Shown: positions 19,798 through 31,674 of the stretch, piece by piece
How positions within the stretch are numbered: position 1 is the first letter of the stretch
How the letters are laid out: each line of letters starts with the position of its first letter
Assembly: GCA_963771175.1 (NCBI GenBank)
Contig: CAVYSY010000054.1
Coordinates: 32,001 to 96,000 of the forward strand
From: an uncultured delta proteobacterium
GTDB lineage: Bacteria; Myxococcota; Myxococcia; Myxococcales; Myxococcaceae
DNA length: 64,000 bases
Reading direction: 5' to 3'
Translations under genes and position numbers: made by a program
The notes under the pieces: model-generated
Told to the model about the DNA's origin: nothing
What the model saw: only the letters and a program-made list of their open reading frames with translations
The model's database searches: none

Positions 19798-20574
19798 ATG
19801 TCGAACGAGTCCTCATCACCCGCCGCCCCGCTCGGCGGGGAGCCCCTCATCCGGGTCCGGGGCGTGGTCAAGACGTACCGCACCCCAGCGGGCCCCTTCC
19901 CCGCGCTGCGAGGGGTGAGCTTCGAGGTGAGCCAGGGCGAGATGGTGGCGGTGGTGGGCAAGTCCGGCAGCGGCAAGTCGACGCTCCTCCACCTGATGAG
20001 CGGAATCGACCACCCCTCGGCGGGAGAGGTTCACGTGGCCGGGACGCCCGTGCACTCCCTGTCCGAGGGGCGCCTGGCCCGCTGGCGCGGGCGCAATGTG
20101 GGCGTCGTGTTCCAGTTCTTCCAACTGCTGCCCACCCTGACGGTGGCCGAGAACGTCATGCTGCCGATGGACTTCTGTTCCACGTTCCCGGCGAGGGAGC
20201 GCCGCGCCCGGGCACTCGCCCTGCTCGAGCAGGTGGGCATCGCGGAGCAGGCGGACAAGCTGCCCTCGGCGCTCTCGGGCGGGCAGCAGCAGCGGGCGGC
20301 GATCGCTCGGGCGCTGGCCAACGACCCGCCGCTCCTCGTGGCCGACGAGCCCACCGGCAACCTGGACTCCAGCACCACCGAGGCCGTGTTGCAGCTCTTC
20401 ACCGAGCTCTCTCGCCGCGGCAAGACCGTGGTCATCGTCACCCACGAGCGCGAGGTCGCTCGCGTCTTCGACCGGGTGCTGACGCTGGCGGATGGGGTGC
20501 TCGTCTCGGAAGCCCCTGGACAGCGCCGGGCCCGGGCCGGGGTGCTCGCCGAGGTGGCCCATGGCCAGGCCTAG
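19798..20574 (+). CDS. ABC transporter ATP-binding protein (LolD/MacB-like)
   Basis: [30 protein letters not shown]. Confidence 0.95.
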   Translation: MSNESSSPAAPLGGEPLIRVRGVVKTYRTPAGPFPALRGVSFEVSQGEMVAVVGKSGSGKSTLLHLMSGIDHPSAGEVHVAGTPVHSLSEGRLARWRGRNVGVVFQFFQLLPTLTVAENVMLPMDFCSTFPARERRARALALLEQVGIAEQADKLPSALSGGQQQRAAIARALANDPPLLVADEPTGNLDSSTTEAVLQLFTELSRRGKTVVIVTHEREVARVFDRVLTLADGVLVSEAPGQRRARAGVLAEVAHGQA

Positions 20575-22975
20575 GTGGCGAAAGCTGTGGCGCGACCTGT
20601 GGATGGAGCGTGGGCGCGCGGCGCTGATGGTGGTGGCGGTCGCGGTGAGCCTGCTGGGCATCGGGGCGGTGCTGGGGGCCTACGCCATCCTCTCGCGCGA
20701 GATGGCGGGCAACTATCTGGGCACCCGTCCCGCCTCGGCCACGCTCGAGCTGGATGCCGTGGACCGCGCGCTGGTGGAGGAGGTGCGCCAGCGTCCGGGA
20801 GTGCTCGAGGCCGAGGCGCGCAAGACGCTCCTGGCCCGGGTGAAGGTGGGGGCGGATTGGATGCCCCTCCTGCTGTTCGTTATCGACGACCTCGACTTCC
20901 CGAGACTCAACCGCTTCCGGCTCGAAGACGGCGCCTGGCCCCCGCCGGAGGGCACCCTGCTCATCGAGCGCACCGCCCAGCGCGTGCTCCAGGCCGGACC
21001 GGGCCAGTCCATTCGCGTGAAGGCGCCTGCTGGACAGGCTCGGGAGATGACCATCCGCGGCCTGGTGCACGACCCGAGCCTCTCGCCCGCCTGGCAGGAG
21101 CGAGAGGGCTACGGTTACATCACCCGGGAGACCCTCGCGTGGCTCGGTGAGGCGCCGGTGCTGGATGAGCTCCGGGTGGAGCTCGCGGCGGCCAGGGAGC
21201 CCCTGGAGGCCCCCGCGGTCGATGCTGCTGCTCGCGAGCTGGGCGCCTGGCTCCAGCAGCGCGGGTATGGCGTGCATCATATCGAGGTGCCGCCCCCGCG
21301 CAGGCACCCCCATCAGACCCAGATGATGGCCGTCCTCTTCATGATGCTCGCCTTCAGTGGGATGGCCCTCGTCCTGAGCGCCATCCTGGTGGCCACGACG
21401 CTCGCCGGCATCCTGGCCCGACAGGTGCGCGAGATAGGCGTGATGAAGGCCGTGGGCGCGGGCACCGGGCAGATCGCCGGTCTGTATGCGGTGATGACGC
21501 TCCTGCTCGGGAGCGGCTCGACCTTGCTGGCGGTGCCTCCGAGCATCTTCGCCGCACGGGCCTTGTCCCACATGGTCGCGCGGATGCTGAACCTCGAGCT
21601 CGTCAGTGAGGCGATTCCCGGCTGGGTCCTCGCGCTGCAGGTGGCCGCTGGCGTGCTGGTCCCCCTGGTGGTTGCGGCCATCCCCCTCCTCCGGGGCAGC
21701 CGCGTGAGCGTGCGGCAGGCCCTTGATGACCACGGCATCACTCAGGAGACGCCGGGCGCGCGCGAGCCCTCCGGGGTGCTCCGCGTCCTGGGCGGGCTCG
21801 ACCGGATGCTCCTGCTGGCGCTTCGCAACACCTCGAGGCGGCGCGGGCGCCTCGTGCTGACCGTAGGGCTCCTGGCGGCCGGAGGCGGGATGTTCATGAT
21901 GGCCCTCAACGTGATGGAGGGATGGGAGCGCTATGTCGGGGAGGTGCCCCGGACGCGCCACTACGACGTGGAACTGCGCTTCGGGCAGCCCCAGCCGACA
22001 GCGCGCATCGTGAGCCTGCTTCAAGGCGTCCAGGGAGTCCGGTCCGTGGAGGCCTGGGGCTACCTTCCGACGGCCTTCTCGAAGCCGGCTCTCCTCGACG
22101 TGAGCCGCGTGTACCCGGACGGCGGCCACGGCGGCTTCATCCTCCGCGCTCCGCCGGCGGAGACCTCCCTCGTTCGGTTCCCGCTCAGGTCCGGGCGCTG
22201 GCTCGCGACGGGTGACGTGGATGCGGTGGTGCTCAACCACATGGCGCTCGTGCAGGCGCCTCACGTCCAGGTGGGTGACAGGGTCTCCTTGTCCGTGGAG
22301 GGCAAGCCGACGGTGTGGCAGGTGGTCGGCATCGTGGAGGAGGTCGGGTCGCCCGCGACGGCCTACGTGACGGACGAGGCGCTGGCCCGCGTCGCCGGCA
22401 CGGTGGGGCGCACTCAGTCGGTGCGGCTCGCCACGACGACGGCGGACCCAGGTGTTCGGGAGGAGGTCCTCCGCGCGGTCGAGCGCACGCTGGAGCAGGC
22501 CAACGTGGGCGTCGAAGTGGCCATTCCGCTGTCCGAGTTGCGCACCGCCGTGGGGGACCACGTCCTCGTCCTCGTTCGGATGCTCATCGCGATGGCCGTG
22601 CTCATGGCGACGGTCGGTGCCATCGGGCTCACGTCGGCCATGGGCATGAGCGTGCTGGAGCGGACACGGGAGCTGGGGGTGATGCAGGCCATTGGCGCGA
22701 CACCGGGCGTGGTGCTGCGGCTCATCGTCACCGAGGGCGTCTTCGTCGGCGCGTTGAGTTGGGGGGCGGCCCTGCTCCTCTCGGTGCCACTGACAGCGCT
22801 CGTCGGCAGCATCGTGGGCACGCTCGCCTTCAGGCTTCCGCTTCCCCTCGTGCTGTCTCCGTGGGCGATGCTGCTGTGGCTCGCCCTGGTGCTGGTGGGG
22901 TCCATGGGGGCCACGGCGCTGCCCGCCTGGCGTGCCTCGAGGCTGACCGTTCGCGAGGCCCTCGCGCAGGTCTGA
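20561..22975 (+). CDS. ABC transporter permease (FtsX/MacB-like, duplicated)
   Basis: Two FtsX halves ([22 protein letters not shown]) with large periplasmic loops. Confidence 0.92.
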   Translation: MARPRWRKLWRDLWMERGRAALMVVAVAVSLLGIGAVLGAYAILSREMAGNYLGTRPASATLELDAVDRALVEEVRQRPGVLEAEARKTLLARVKVGADWMPLLLFVIDDLDFPRLNRFRLEDGAWPPPEGTLLIERTAQRVLQAGPGQSIRVKAPAGQAREMTIRGLVHDPSLSPAWQEREGYGYITRETLAWLGEAPVLDELRVELAAAREPLEAPAVDAAARELGAWLQQRGYGVHHIEVPPPRRHPHQTQMMAVLFMMLAFSGMALVLSAILVATTLAGILARQVREIGVMKAVGAGTGQIAGLYAVMTLLLGSGSTLLAVPPSIFAARALSHMVARMLNLELVSEAIPGWVLALQVAAGVLVPLVVAAIPLLRGSRVSVRQALDDHGITQETPGAREPSGVLRVLGGLDRMLLLALRNTSRRRGRLVLTVGLLAAGGGMFMMALNVMEGWERYVGEVPRTRHYDVELRFGQPQPTARIVSLLQGVQGVRSVEAWGYLPTAFSKPALLDVSRVYPDGGHGGFILRAPPAETSLVRFPLRSGRWLATGDVDAVVLNHMALVQAPHVQVGDRVSLSVEGKPTVWQVVGIVEEVGSPATAYVTDEALARVAGTVGRTQSVRLATTTADPGVREEVLRAVERTLEQANVGVEVAIPLSELRTAVGDHVLVLVRMLIAMAVLMATVGAIGLTSAMGMSVLERTRELGVMQAIGATPGVVLRLIVTEGVFVGALSWGAALLLSVPLTALVGSIVGTLAFRLPLPLVLSPWAMLLWLALVLVGSMGATALPAWRASRLTVREALAQV

Positions 22976-23013
22976 TGGAGGACGGAGGACTGCTCTCCAG
23001 GGTTGGCCGGCAC

Positions 23014-24747
23014 CTACTCGGGTGTCAGGGGCGCGTTCGTGTGGCGCAGGGGCCGCTCCGGCAGGAACAGCGTCAGCAGGAAGCTCAGCAGCGAGATGAC
23101 GATGGCGATGCGGTAGATGGCCGAGATGGCCCGGGTGAAGCCGTCCTTCAGCGCCTGCTCGACTTCACCCACCGCCGCCACCGCTCGCGCCTTCTCTGCT
23201 TCGAGTTGGCCCAAGGCCTCGGTCCTCGCGGGGCCTTCGAGCGTCGCCTCCACCTCTCGCTCCCGCGCCGCGAAGCCGCTCCGCAGGCTTCGTTCAATCC
23301 GCTCCGCCGGGAAGGCCTGTCCAACCACCATGCCCTCGCCCCCGCTGCCCCCGCTTCCGGAGGAGTGGAGTTGCTCGCGCACCTCGGGAGGCAGGTTGGC
23401 GGTGGCCCTCGCCGTACCCGTGGTCACCGAGGAGGCGAGGGTGGAGGCGAACACCGTTCCCAGCAGCGCCACGCCAATGGTGGCGCCCATCTGCCGGAAG
23501 AAGGTCACGGACGCGGTGGCCACGCCCACCTGCCCCGGGGGCACCGCGTTCTGGATGGCCAGCGTGTAGAGCGGCAGCGAGGGCCCCAGCCCCACGCCCA
23601 CCAGGATCATCTTCACCGTCACCTCGGCCTGGGTGGACTCGGGCGTGAGGGTGAAGCCCATGATGGCGTAACCCACGGTGAGCACCACCAGCGAGCCGAG
23701 CATCAGCAGCCGGTAGCGCCCGAGGTGCGAGACGAGCTGGCCCGCCAGTACGTTGCCGGCCACCACGCCCAGGGTGAGCGGCGTCAGGGTGAGCCCCGAG
23801 CGCGTGGCGGACAGGCCCACCACGTTCACCATGAAGAGCGGCAGGAAGACGACGGCCGACAGGAAGCCCGCTCCGAGGATGCAGACGGTGAGGTTGCCCA
23901 GCGTGAAGATGCGGTTGCGGAACAGGCCGAGGTCGAGCAGGGGCTCGCTGGCGCGGCGCTCGGCGAGGACGAAGAGCACGTGGCCCGCGGCCGACAGCGC
24001 GAAGAGGCCGAGGATGGGCGCGGAGCCCCAGGCGAAACCGCTCTCGCTGGAGGGGGCGGAGTGGCCGAGGCTCAGGGCGAGCAGCAGCGGCACCACGGCG
24101 AGCACCAGCGCGAGCGCTCCGGCCAGGTCGAGCCGGGGGCGCATTTCTCCGGCGCGCGGGTGGAGCGCGGGCATGCGCAGGAGGATGAAGGTGAGCGCCA
24201 CCACGCCCACGGGCAGGTTGATGAAGAAGACCCAGTGCCAGCTATAGCGGTCGGTGAGGTAGCCGCCGAGCAGCGGGCCCACCACGCTGGAGAGCGCGAA
24301 GACGGCGCCGGTGAGCCCCTGGTACTTGCCTCGGACGGCGGGTGGGAACAGGTCCGCGACGACGGTGAAGGCCGAGGTGAAGAGCGAGGCGCTGCCCAGG
24401 CCCTGCACCACCCGGGAGAGGATGACGTGGAGGGTGCTCCGTGACAGTCCGCACAGCACGCTGCCGACGACGAAGAGGATGATGCCGACGACGAGGATGG
24501 GCTTGCGGCCGAAGATGTCGGACAGCTTGCCGTAGATGGGGAGCATCACCGTGGAGGCCACCAGGTAGGAGGTGGTGAGCCACGGGTAGTGGGCGGGGTC
24601 GATGTGGAGCTCCGCCTGCATGGCGGGGCCGGCGGTGGCGACGATGGTCTGGTCGAGCGCCGCGAGCAGCAGGGCCATCAGCACACCGAGCAGCGTGAGG
24701 GCCTTCTGGGACTGGGAGAGCTCGTGGGCCTGGGTGGGCGGTGCCAT
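23014..24747 (-). CDS. DHA2/MDR family MFS efflux transporter
   Basis: LLLAALDQTIVATA, GKLSDIFGRK, WHWVFFINLPVG; 14-TM-type layout. Confidence 0.93.
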   Translation of the reverse strand: MAPPTQAHELSQSQKALTLLGVLMALLLAALDQTIVATAGPAMQAELHIDPAHYPWLTTSYLVASTVMLPIYGKLSDIFGRKPILVVGIILFVVGSVLCGLSRSTLHVILSRVVQGLGSASLFTSAFTVVADLFPPAVRGKYQGLTGAVFALSSVVGPLLGGYLTDRYSWHWVFFINLPVGVVALTFILLRMPALHPRAGEMRPRLDLAGALALVLAVVPLLLALSLGHSAPSSESGFAWGSAPILGLFALSAAGHVLFVLAERRASEPLLDLGLFRNRIFTLGNLTVCILGAGFLSAVVFLPLFMVNVVGLSATRSGLTLTPLTLGVVAGNVLAGQLVSHLGRYRLLMLGSLVVLTVGYAIMGFTLTPESTQAEVTVKMILVGVGLGPSLPLYTLAIQNAVPPGQVGVATASVTFFRQMGATIGVALLGTVFASTLASSVTTGTARATANLPPEVREQLHSSGSGGSGGEGMVVGQAFPAERIERSLRSGFAAREREVEATLEGPARTEALGQLEAEKARAVAAVGEVEQALKDGFTRAISAIYRIAIVISLLSFLLTLFLPERPLRHTNAPLTPE

Positions 24748-24913
24748 CGTCGCGAGCGAGGGTAAGCACGGGTGGGTCCGGGTGGCGGGGAAGGCGTTGG
24801 TTGGAGGACACCGGGACGCGTGCAATGCGTTGTTCTGCGCGAAGGTGGAGCGGGCTAGCGTCCGGAACCCCTACCTGGGCGGCCCGCGTGGGCGGGTCCG
24901 AGGAGACGACGAC

Positions 24914-25888
24914 ATGCGCGCGGTGCAGCTCGAGCGGTTGGAGGGTCCCGAGGGTCTGAAGCTGGTGGACATGCCGGAGCCGGAAGCCGGGGACCAGGTG
25001 CTCATCGACGTGGTGGCGGCGGGAGTGAGCTTCCCGGACCTGCTGCTGAGCAAGGGCCAGTACCAGATGAAGCCGCCCGTGCCGTTCGTGCCGGGCGTCG
25101 AGGTGGCGGGCGTGGTGCGCAGCGCTCCGGCGGGCGCGGCGGTGAAGGCGGGGGACCGGGTGATGGCCTTCACGATGCTCGGGGGCTGGGCCGAGGTGGT
25201 GGCGGCACCGCCGAACATGACGTTCCGCGTGCCCGAGGGCTGGAGCTTCGAGGCGGCCGCGGGGACGGTGATGAACTACCACACGGCGCACTTCGCGCTG
25301 CACCGGCGGGGCCGGCTCAAGGCGGGCGAGACGGTGCTGGTGCACGGCGCGGCGGGCGGGGTGGGGACGGCGACGATTCAGGTGGCGCGCGGCGCGGGTG
25401 CGCGGGTGCTCGCGGTGGTGAGCAGCGAGGAGAAGGCGGAGGTGGCTCGGAGCGCGGGCGCGGACGCGGCGCTGCTGTCCACGGGGGACTGGGTGTCGCA
25501 GGTGAAGGAGAAGACGCAGGGACGGGGCGTGGACGTGGTGATGGACCCGGTGGGCGGGGACATCTTCGACCTGAGCCTCAAGTGCCTGGCGCCCGAGGGC
25601 CGGCTGCTGGTGGTGGGCTTCGCGGGCGGCCGGATTCCCGAGGTGAAGGTGAACCGGCTGCTGCTGAAGAACATCGACGTGGTGGGCGTGGCCTGGGGCG
25701 CCTTCATCATGCAGGAGCCCCAGCTCACCGGGGAGATCGCCAAGGGCCTGGCCGAGCTGGCGGAGAAGGGCTTCGTGGAGCCGCTGGTGGGCTCGGTGTT
25801 CCCCCTGGAGCAGGCGGCCCAGGCGCTGCGCGAGCTGGATTCACGCAAGGCCACCGGCAAGGTGGTGCTGCGGGTGCGACAGGGCTGA
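24914..25888 (+). CDS. NADPH:quinone oxidoreductase (zeta-crystallin MDR family)
   Basis: AAGVSFPD, PFVPGVE, VLVHGAAGGVG, KATGKVVL; AGGAG RBS. Confidence 0.92.
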   Translation: MRAVQLERLEGPEGLKLVDMPEPEAGDQVLIDVVAAGVSFPDLLLSKGQYQMKPPVPFVPGVEVAGVVRSAPAGAAVKAGDRVMAFTMLGGWAEVVAAPPNMTFRVPEGWSFEAAAGTVMNYHTAHFALHRRGRLKAGETVLVHGAAGGVGTATIQVARGAGARVLAVVSSEEKAEVARSAGADAALLSTGDWVSQVKEKTQGRGVDVVMDPVGGDIFDLSLKCLAPEGRLLVVGFAGGRIPEVKVNRLLLKNIDVVGVAWGAFIMQEPQLTGEIAKGLAELAEKGFVEPLVGSVFPLEQAAQALRELDSRKATGKVVLRVRQG

Positions 25889-26046
25889 GGCGGTGTGAAT
25901 CAGCCGCTCAGGGCGGGAATTCGCACGAATTCGAGCGCGTGTGAGCGGCTTCACAGCCAGGGTTTTCTCCGGGGGTGTATCAGCGTCTCGAAAATCGAGA
26001 GGCCCACTTGGAGTTCGAAGTGGGCGCACCGAGGGGGGATTCCTGA

Positions 26047-27223
26047 ATGATGGGACGTGAGTGGCAGGCATGGCGACAGGCGTTGGTGCTTGTCCTGTTC
26101 GTAACCGCTGCCTGTGGAGGGAGCGGTCCTGTCTGGAACGTGACGCTCGAAGGTGAGGCGTCCGCGCCTGTGCTGTCTCCGCGAGGCAGCCTCGTCGTCG
26201 TCACCTCCGCTCCAGCGCTGTACTCCATCGATGAGAGCGGCAAGACCGAGTGGCGTGTATCCCTCGACGGGGTGTCCCCGGGCTCGGAGAGCACGGATGG
26301 GCCAGGGGGCCCGGTCGTCTTCGAGAATGGCGACATCGTGGTGCCAGCGGGCCCCGCAGCGCTCGCGCGCTATTCGGCGGATGGGGAGTTGCTGTGGCAG
26401 ATGTCGCTCCCGGTCAACATCAACGCGGAGCTGGCGGCGTTGCCGGATGGCTCGGTGGCCGTGCCTGGGACTTCGGGCACACTCCTCGTCGTTCGCGCCG
26501 ATGGCTCCACGGGCATGGAATTCCGCGAGACGACCATCACCTCCCTGCTCTCTTGGACTGCGGCCCCTGTCGTGACGGCGGACGGTGCGCTGGTGGGCAT
26601 TCTGGGTGATGGCTTCATCATTCGCATCGAGAAGGACGGCACGCGTGGGTGGCTGCACGAGACTCAGAGCTCGACTTTGGCTCTTGCACTCGGGGCGGGT
26701 GGCAGCGTGCTGTACCTGTCACGCAGCGGCTCGGAGGATGTGGCCGAGATGAGGGGTCTCCTTTCACTGGGCGCGGATGGGCAGGTGCGCTGGCACGAGC
26801 TGCTCTCCGAAGGGGCTTTGTACGAGCCAGCGGTGGAGGCGGATGGCACCGTCCATGTCGTGTCCGGAAGCTATGGCCGTGGGCCTCTGCTTCTGCGCTA
26901 CAAGGAGGGCCGTGCCCGCGAGGAGGTCGTATTGCCTGAGCCAGCGGTATGCGGGCCCCTGCTCGCTTCAGGAGGCGAGCGCATCGTCCGGCTCAAGGGG
27001 GACCGACTCCGGGTCTACGATGCTCGAGGAAAGCTCCTCCAAGAAGAGGCGCTTCCTAGCTGGAGGACCGCGCCCGTGCTCGCTCCGGGTGGCGCACTGT
27101 ATGCCACCTCAGGCAACACCCTTCACCGGATCGACCTGGAAGTCGAGGGCCTGGCGGATGCGCTCTGGGCTCGGCCACGCGCTGACAACCGAGCCTCCGG
27201 AGCTCCTTCCTCCGTCACCCTGA
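26047..27223 (+). CDS. PQQ-like beta-propeller lipoprotein (end approximate; as assembled it reads through to 28722)
   Basis: Lipobox VTAAC, repeated xxDGxxxW blades (ESGKTEW, ADGELLW, KDGTRGW, ADGQVRW), terminal W...RADNRASG motif. Confidence 0.7.
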
Positions 27224-27319
27224 AATTTCCTGACACGCGCTCGCGAGAGAGCGCGTCTGTTCAACCGGTCGCTCCGGACGGGGCCGGTATTGCCAAGAAT
27301 CACTTGAAAGGAGAATGTC

Positions 27320-27631
27320 GTGAACCGAGTCATCAGCCTGGGGCTGATGCTGCTGGGAGTGGCTTGTCAGAAGACACCCGAAAGCAGCACCACGCCCACC
27401 GAGACGACCACTTCCCCTGGTTTCTTCCAGAAGGCCCTCAGTCCCTCTTGTCAGGCTGTCTACTCCTGCTGCGAGGAGTTCTCCGCGCGTGTCGCGAAGG
27501 GCGGCAAGGCGCCTTTCAACTGCACGGCGCTCGCTACGCAAGGGCCCGAGGGCTGCGAGCAGTCGCTGCAGACCTTCCGTGCGTTGTCACCCAAGGTGAA
27601 GGCCCAGCTTCCTTCCGCCTGCACCCAGTGA
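27320..27631 (+). CDS. Small Cys-rich lipoprotein
   Basis: AAGGAG RBS before GTG, lipobox LLGVAC, Thr/Ser linker, CxxxxxCC...C...C...C pattern. Confidence 0.75.
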   Translation: MNRVISLGLMLLGVACQKTPESSTTPTETTTSPGFFQKALSPSCQAVYSCCEEFSARVAKGGKAPFNCTALATQGPEGCEQSLQTFRALSPKVKAQLPSACTQ

Positions 27632-27642
27632 GAGTTCCCGTC

Positions 27643-28722
27643 ATGAGATATCCCTTCGTCATTACCGTTTCGCTGTTATTCGCGGCCACTGCTGCCGCTC
27701 AATCTCCTTATCCCAACCCAGACCGCTGTATGCCCATTTCGATTGGGGACAGATTCAACAAGGTCGTGAGCGGTGTGCTCAGCGCGGGGGAGAACAACGA
27801 GAACTACCAGATGCCGGTGGCGGGTGCTCAGATCCACATCGACTCGCGAGATGTGCGCTCTGGGGGCCTGCCCGAGGGTGCCTTCATCAAGGCTCCGGAC
27901 TCGTGGCCGCTGGAGTACACGGACGAATTCAATCGCCGGCCCATCCCGCCAGCCATGTCGCCGCTGCTTGGCGATGACATGCTCGGTATCACCTATCGGA
28001 TCAATCACCTCGCGGCAGCGAGCTTCGAGCTGAACTTCAACTGCAACCCGGATGCTTTCGGTGGCAAGTTGAAGGATGGGGCGTTGAAGCTGCAGGTCGA
28101 GTTTGCCCCCAGCAAGGATGAGGCGGACGACGAGCTGCAGGTGCAGCTCGTCGTCCAGACCTTCGCTGGGAAGATCGCCCTGGACCTGGTCGACGTCGAC
28201 CTGGACGAGACGTTCAAGGTCCACGTGGCCGCCGTGCCCACGGTGAATCCCAATGGCAACGACGTGGACCTCGACTTCTATTACGACTTCAACGAGCTCT
28301 TCAAACACGCCATCATCGGCGAGCTCGTCGATGAAATCGTCACCGTGGCCGCCTCGGCGTCTCTGCTCATGGGACAGACCGCCGCGCTGACCTTCTGTGT
28401 GGGTGACCCCGTGTGCGTCGCCGCGACCTCCACCGCGACCGGCATCATCGTCACCGCGGGGGTGCTGGCGTACGAGCAGGAGATGCGGCAGGCCTCGGCG
28501 GACATGATGGCCTCGGCGCTCGATGAGTTCACCCAGCCCTACCGCCGCAACAATGGGATGCTGAAGAAAGTCCGGGAAGAGTTCCGAAGCCAGGTGCTCG
28601 CCCACAAGGTCTACGAGGGAATGAACCTCCTGGAGGCCGTGGACGCCCTGCCCGTACCGGAGTTCGACATCGAGAAGTTCGAGCCCGTGGACATTCCCGC
28701 CACCTGCAAGGAGGCGCCGTGA
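27643..28722 (+). CDS. Secreted hypothetical protein with internal hydrophobic hairpin
   Basis: Signal peptide MRYPFVITVSLLFAATAAA; acidic beta-rich core; hydrophobic stretch IVTVAASASLL...GIIVTAGVLAY; stop overlaps next GTG. Confidence 0.7.
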   Translation: MRYPFVITVSLLFAATAAAQSPYPNPDRCMPISIGDRFNKVVSGVLSAGENNENYQMPVAGAQIHIDSRDVRSGGLPEGAFIKAPDSWPLEYTDEFNRRPIPPAMSPLLGDDMLGITYRINHLAAASFELNFNCNPDAFGGKLKDGALKLQVEFAPSKDEADDELQVQLVVQTFAGKIALDLVDVDLDETFKVHVAAVPTVNPNGNDVDLDFYYDFNELFKHAIIGELVDEIVTVAASASLLMGQTAALTFCVGDPVCVAATSTATGIIVTAGVLAYEQEMRQASADMMASALDEFTQPYRRNNGMLKKVREEFRSQVLAHKVYEGMNLLEAVDALPVPEFDIEKFEPVDIPATCKEAP

Positions 28723-31161
28723 AGATTTCGTTCCTGCACGCACGGCTCATGTTGCTCCTGGCCCTGCTGGTGCTGCCCGGCTCCGCGCTCGCGTGGACGC
28801 TGAAGCTGCACCTGTTCGCCGCCAACGAGGTCCTCAAGGATGTCACCGAGGACGGCACGGTGGACCTCGGGCCCTACAACGAGCATCCACTTTCCCCGGA
28901 GGTCGTCCAGGCCTTGCGCGAGTACCCGGAGTACTTCCGCGCCGGCGCTCTCGGTCCGGATGGCTACCCGGACATCTTCACCGGTCAGGTCTTCACCCAT
29001 GGTGATCAGAGTGAAGGACTGGTGAACTCCCTCATCCAGGAGAACTTCCTGACCTGTGCCGAGGCGGAGGCCCGTGGTTGGTGTCGCTCGTCGGATGGAA
29101 CTCCCGCGTGCGTGATGGGCAGTGGCGGCAAGGCGGTTTGCGGGGAAAAGAAGGCCGAGGACTCGGCCGTTCCCTACATCATCAACGGTCGTTACGGTTT
29201 CAAGCGCCCCAAGCGCTTCTGGCGCTCCATCGATTGGGCCCGCTTCCTCCTCGACTCCGCCTACGAGGAGCTTCGCCTCGCGAAGGGGGAGGGGCATGAG
29301 GCGCAGACGCGTGCCTATCAGGCCCTGGCTTTCGCCTATGGCTACCTCACCCACTACTCCGGGGATGGTTTCGGCCATGCCTGGGTGAATCTCTACGCCG
29401 GTGGCGCGTGGGACTATTACGACGAGCACCCGGAGTTCGAGTATCGCCACGTCATCGTGGAGGGCTATGTGCAGCACGTCTTCGAGACCAGTTCGCGGGC
29501 CTGGCCGTCCTATCCGGCCGAGCTGCGCGATACCGAGATCGCCGCGCCCGCATGGTTCGTGGAGAAGTACCTCATGCGGGAGGCCATCGCTGGCGATGAC
29601 TCCGCGGGCCCCGGGGCACGTCACATCCGGCTGTTGTACGGCTACAAGGCGCTGCTCGAGCAGTTGCGCGAGCGCACGAAGTTGTCCCCGGGAGAACTGG
29701 CCGATTTCGGCGGGGCCAACTTCGACGTGCGCGACCCACAGAACTACAGCAGCATGTGGTCATACCTGCTCAATCGGTGCGCGAGTGATGTGGTGTTCGG
29801 GGCGGCGACCGTCCTCCTGCTACAACCGCCTGTACCGGCTGGCCCTGTCGAAGTACCTCGACACGCGAATCCAGAAGGTGGACGAGGCGCTGCTGGCATG
29901 GGCGCAGCTCAGCACGGACATCCTCCAGCAGGGCTTTCTCTCGCCGGACGGCTTCGAGCCCGGCGCCATCCGGGCCCTGCTCACCCAGTACTTCGAGACG
30001 CGGGTGAAGCCTCTGGTGGTTCCTGCCGAGGACGAGCCGCTGCGGCAATTCTTCGCCGGGGTGTCTTGTGTCGACGTGGGCCCGCGCAACTTCCAGCAAG
30101 TCTGCGAGGCGGTGTTCGCCCAGGTGAACGTGGCCATCCAAGAGCTCCAGACCGAGCTCGAGAGCAAGCTCCAGACGAAGCTGGTGAAGTACTACGAGGC
30201 CTTCGACATCTATCTCTGCACTCTCGAGTACTACCTGGGCCGGTTCACGGATCCCGTCGTCCGGATGAACTTCGCCTACTGCGGCACGGAGACCGCCTGC
30301 CCACAGTCCGTCACCCGTAGGTCCCAGGTGGAGGATGACGTGTTCATGGTCTCCTCGGACCCACGCACGTTCATCCCCTTCCAGAACACGGTGCGGATGT
30401 CGAAGCTGAGCCTGTTGAACCAGGAGGAGATGCGCCTCGTGGCCATGATGGCCAATCTCATGCCGATGGCGGAAGTGGACCCCATCCAGTTGGAGCTGGC
30501 GCGGTTCCTCAATGACGACCTGTACGAGCAGGCCATCTATGAGAGCATCGCGACACTGGATGGCTCCGTACCCATCGAAGAGAACGACCTGCTGAGCCAG
30601 CGGCGTGTGCTCTTCGACCAGTTCCGCAAGACGCCCGTGTTCGGAGTCATGAAGGATGTGGCTGCCCGGGAGCGGCTGCACTGGCCCCTTTTTGAGATCC
30701 GCAAGATGGATCCGGACGGAGATCAGATCACCCTCTCGTATGACCTGTGCCCGTGCTGGCCCGAGATACGCACCCAGAACGCGATGGACGACGATGGAGA
30801 CCGCGTCGGTAACAGTTGCGATGGGGACTGGCTGTTCCCCCACGCGGCGGAGGTGGTGACGTCCATGGATGACGCGGGCTTCGGCCCGCCGGCACTGGGT
30901 ATCAAGCAGAGCTTCGTGAACCGGTTGGACAACACGGTGAAGGTGGCCTGCGAGCGTCACTCCACGGCGGAGGCCATCAACCTGCTGGACAACATGCTCG
31001 CGGAGATTCGCGCCCATACGGACAATGCCATGATGCGGCCGGACACCGCCCAGGCCATGAAGGCCGTGGTGGATGAGCTGCTCGCGAAATTCCATGCCGG
31101 TGCGATGCGGTGTGTGGACTCTCCGCCCGTTGGAACGGTGATGGCGTGCGGTGGTTACTGA
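28719..31161 (+). CDS. Secreted Zn-dependent phospholipase C/S1-P1-fold protein with TSP3-like and FIMAH-like C-terminus, frameshift near 29815
   Basis: Signal peptide then WTLKLH, GALGPD, GYLTHYSGDGFGHAWVN, RHVIVE; later DPDGD...DLCP...DDDGDRVGNSCD and AINLLDNML...PDTAQAM. Confidence 0.78.
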
Positions 31162-31181
31162 CCTGGATTGAAGGAGCGGAA

Positions 31182-31640
31182 ATGATGAAGCGCGCATGCC
31201 TGCTGTTTGGACTGTTGCTCACGGGTTGTCTGGGTGGGGAGAGCGAGACTTCCGACGCGGGGTCCTCCGTGGCGACCCTGATATTCATTGTGCCTCCGCC
31301 GAAGACGGTGGCCCCAGGGTGTCCCTCACCCGCGGTGCGGCTCTATGTGGATGGGGTGATGCGGTCCTGCCCCATCGCCACGTTCGAGCCCAATGACGGC
31401 GGGGCGGCCACTACCCTCATCTCCTGCAACGAGTCCAAGGGACTCCAGCCTGGCGTGGGGTACCTGCTGGAGGCCGTGTACCTGCAAGACTCGAAAATCA
31501 TCGCGAGGGGGGCGCTCTCTTCCGAGGCGATTACCCTCAGTGCCGGGAGCAACCGCCGGGATCTGCCCCCCGCCAACGTCACCACCATGCTGGATGCCAA
31601 CAGCAATGGCACCTCGGATATCCATGAAGCCTGCCCGTAG
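31182..31640 (+). CDS. Hypothetical lipoprotein
   Basis: AAGGAG RBS, lipobox LLLTGC, C-terminal DANSNGTSD Ca-binding-like loop. Confidence 0.75.
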   Translation: MMKRACLLFGLLLTGCLGGESETSDAGSSVATLIFIVPPPKTVAPGCPSPAVRLYVDGVMRSCPIATFEPNDGGAATTLISCNESKGLQPGVGYLLEAVYLQDSKIIARGALSSEAITLSAGSNRRDLPPANVTTMLDANSNGTSDIHEACP

Positions 31641-31674
31641 GAGGAGCTCTTCCTCTTCCAATTGCTAGGTTTCA

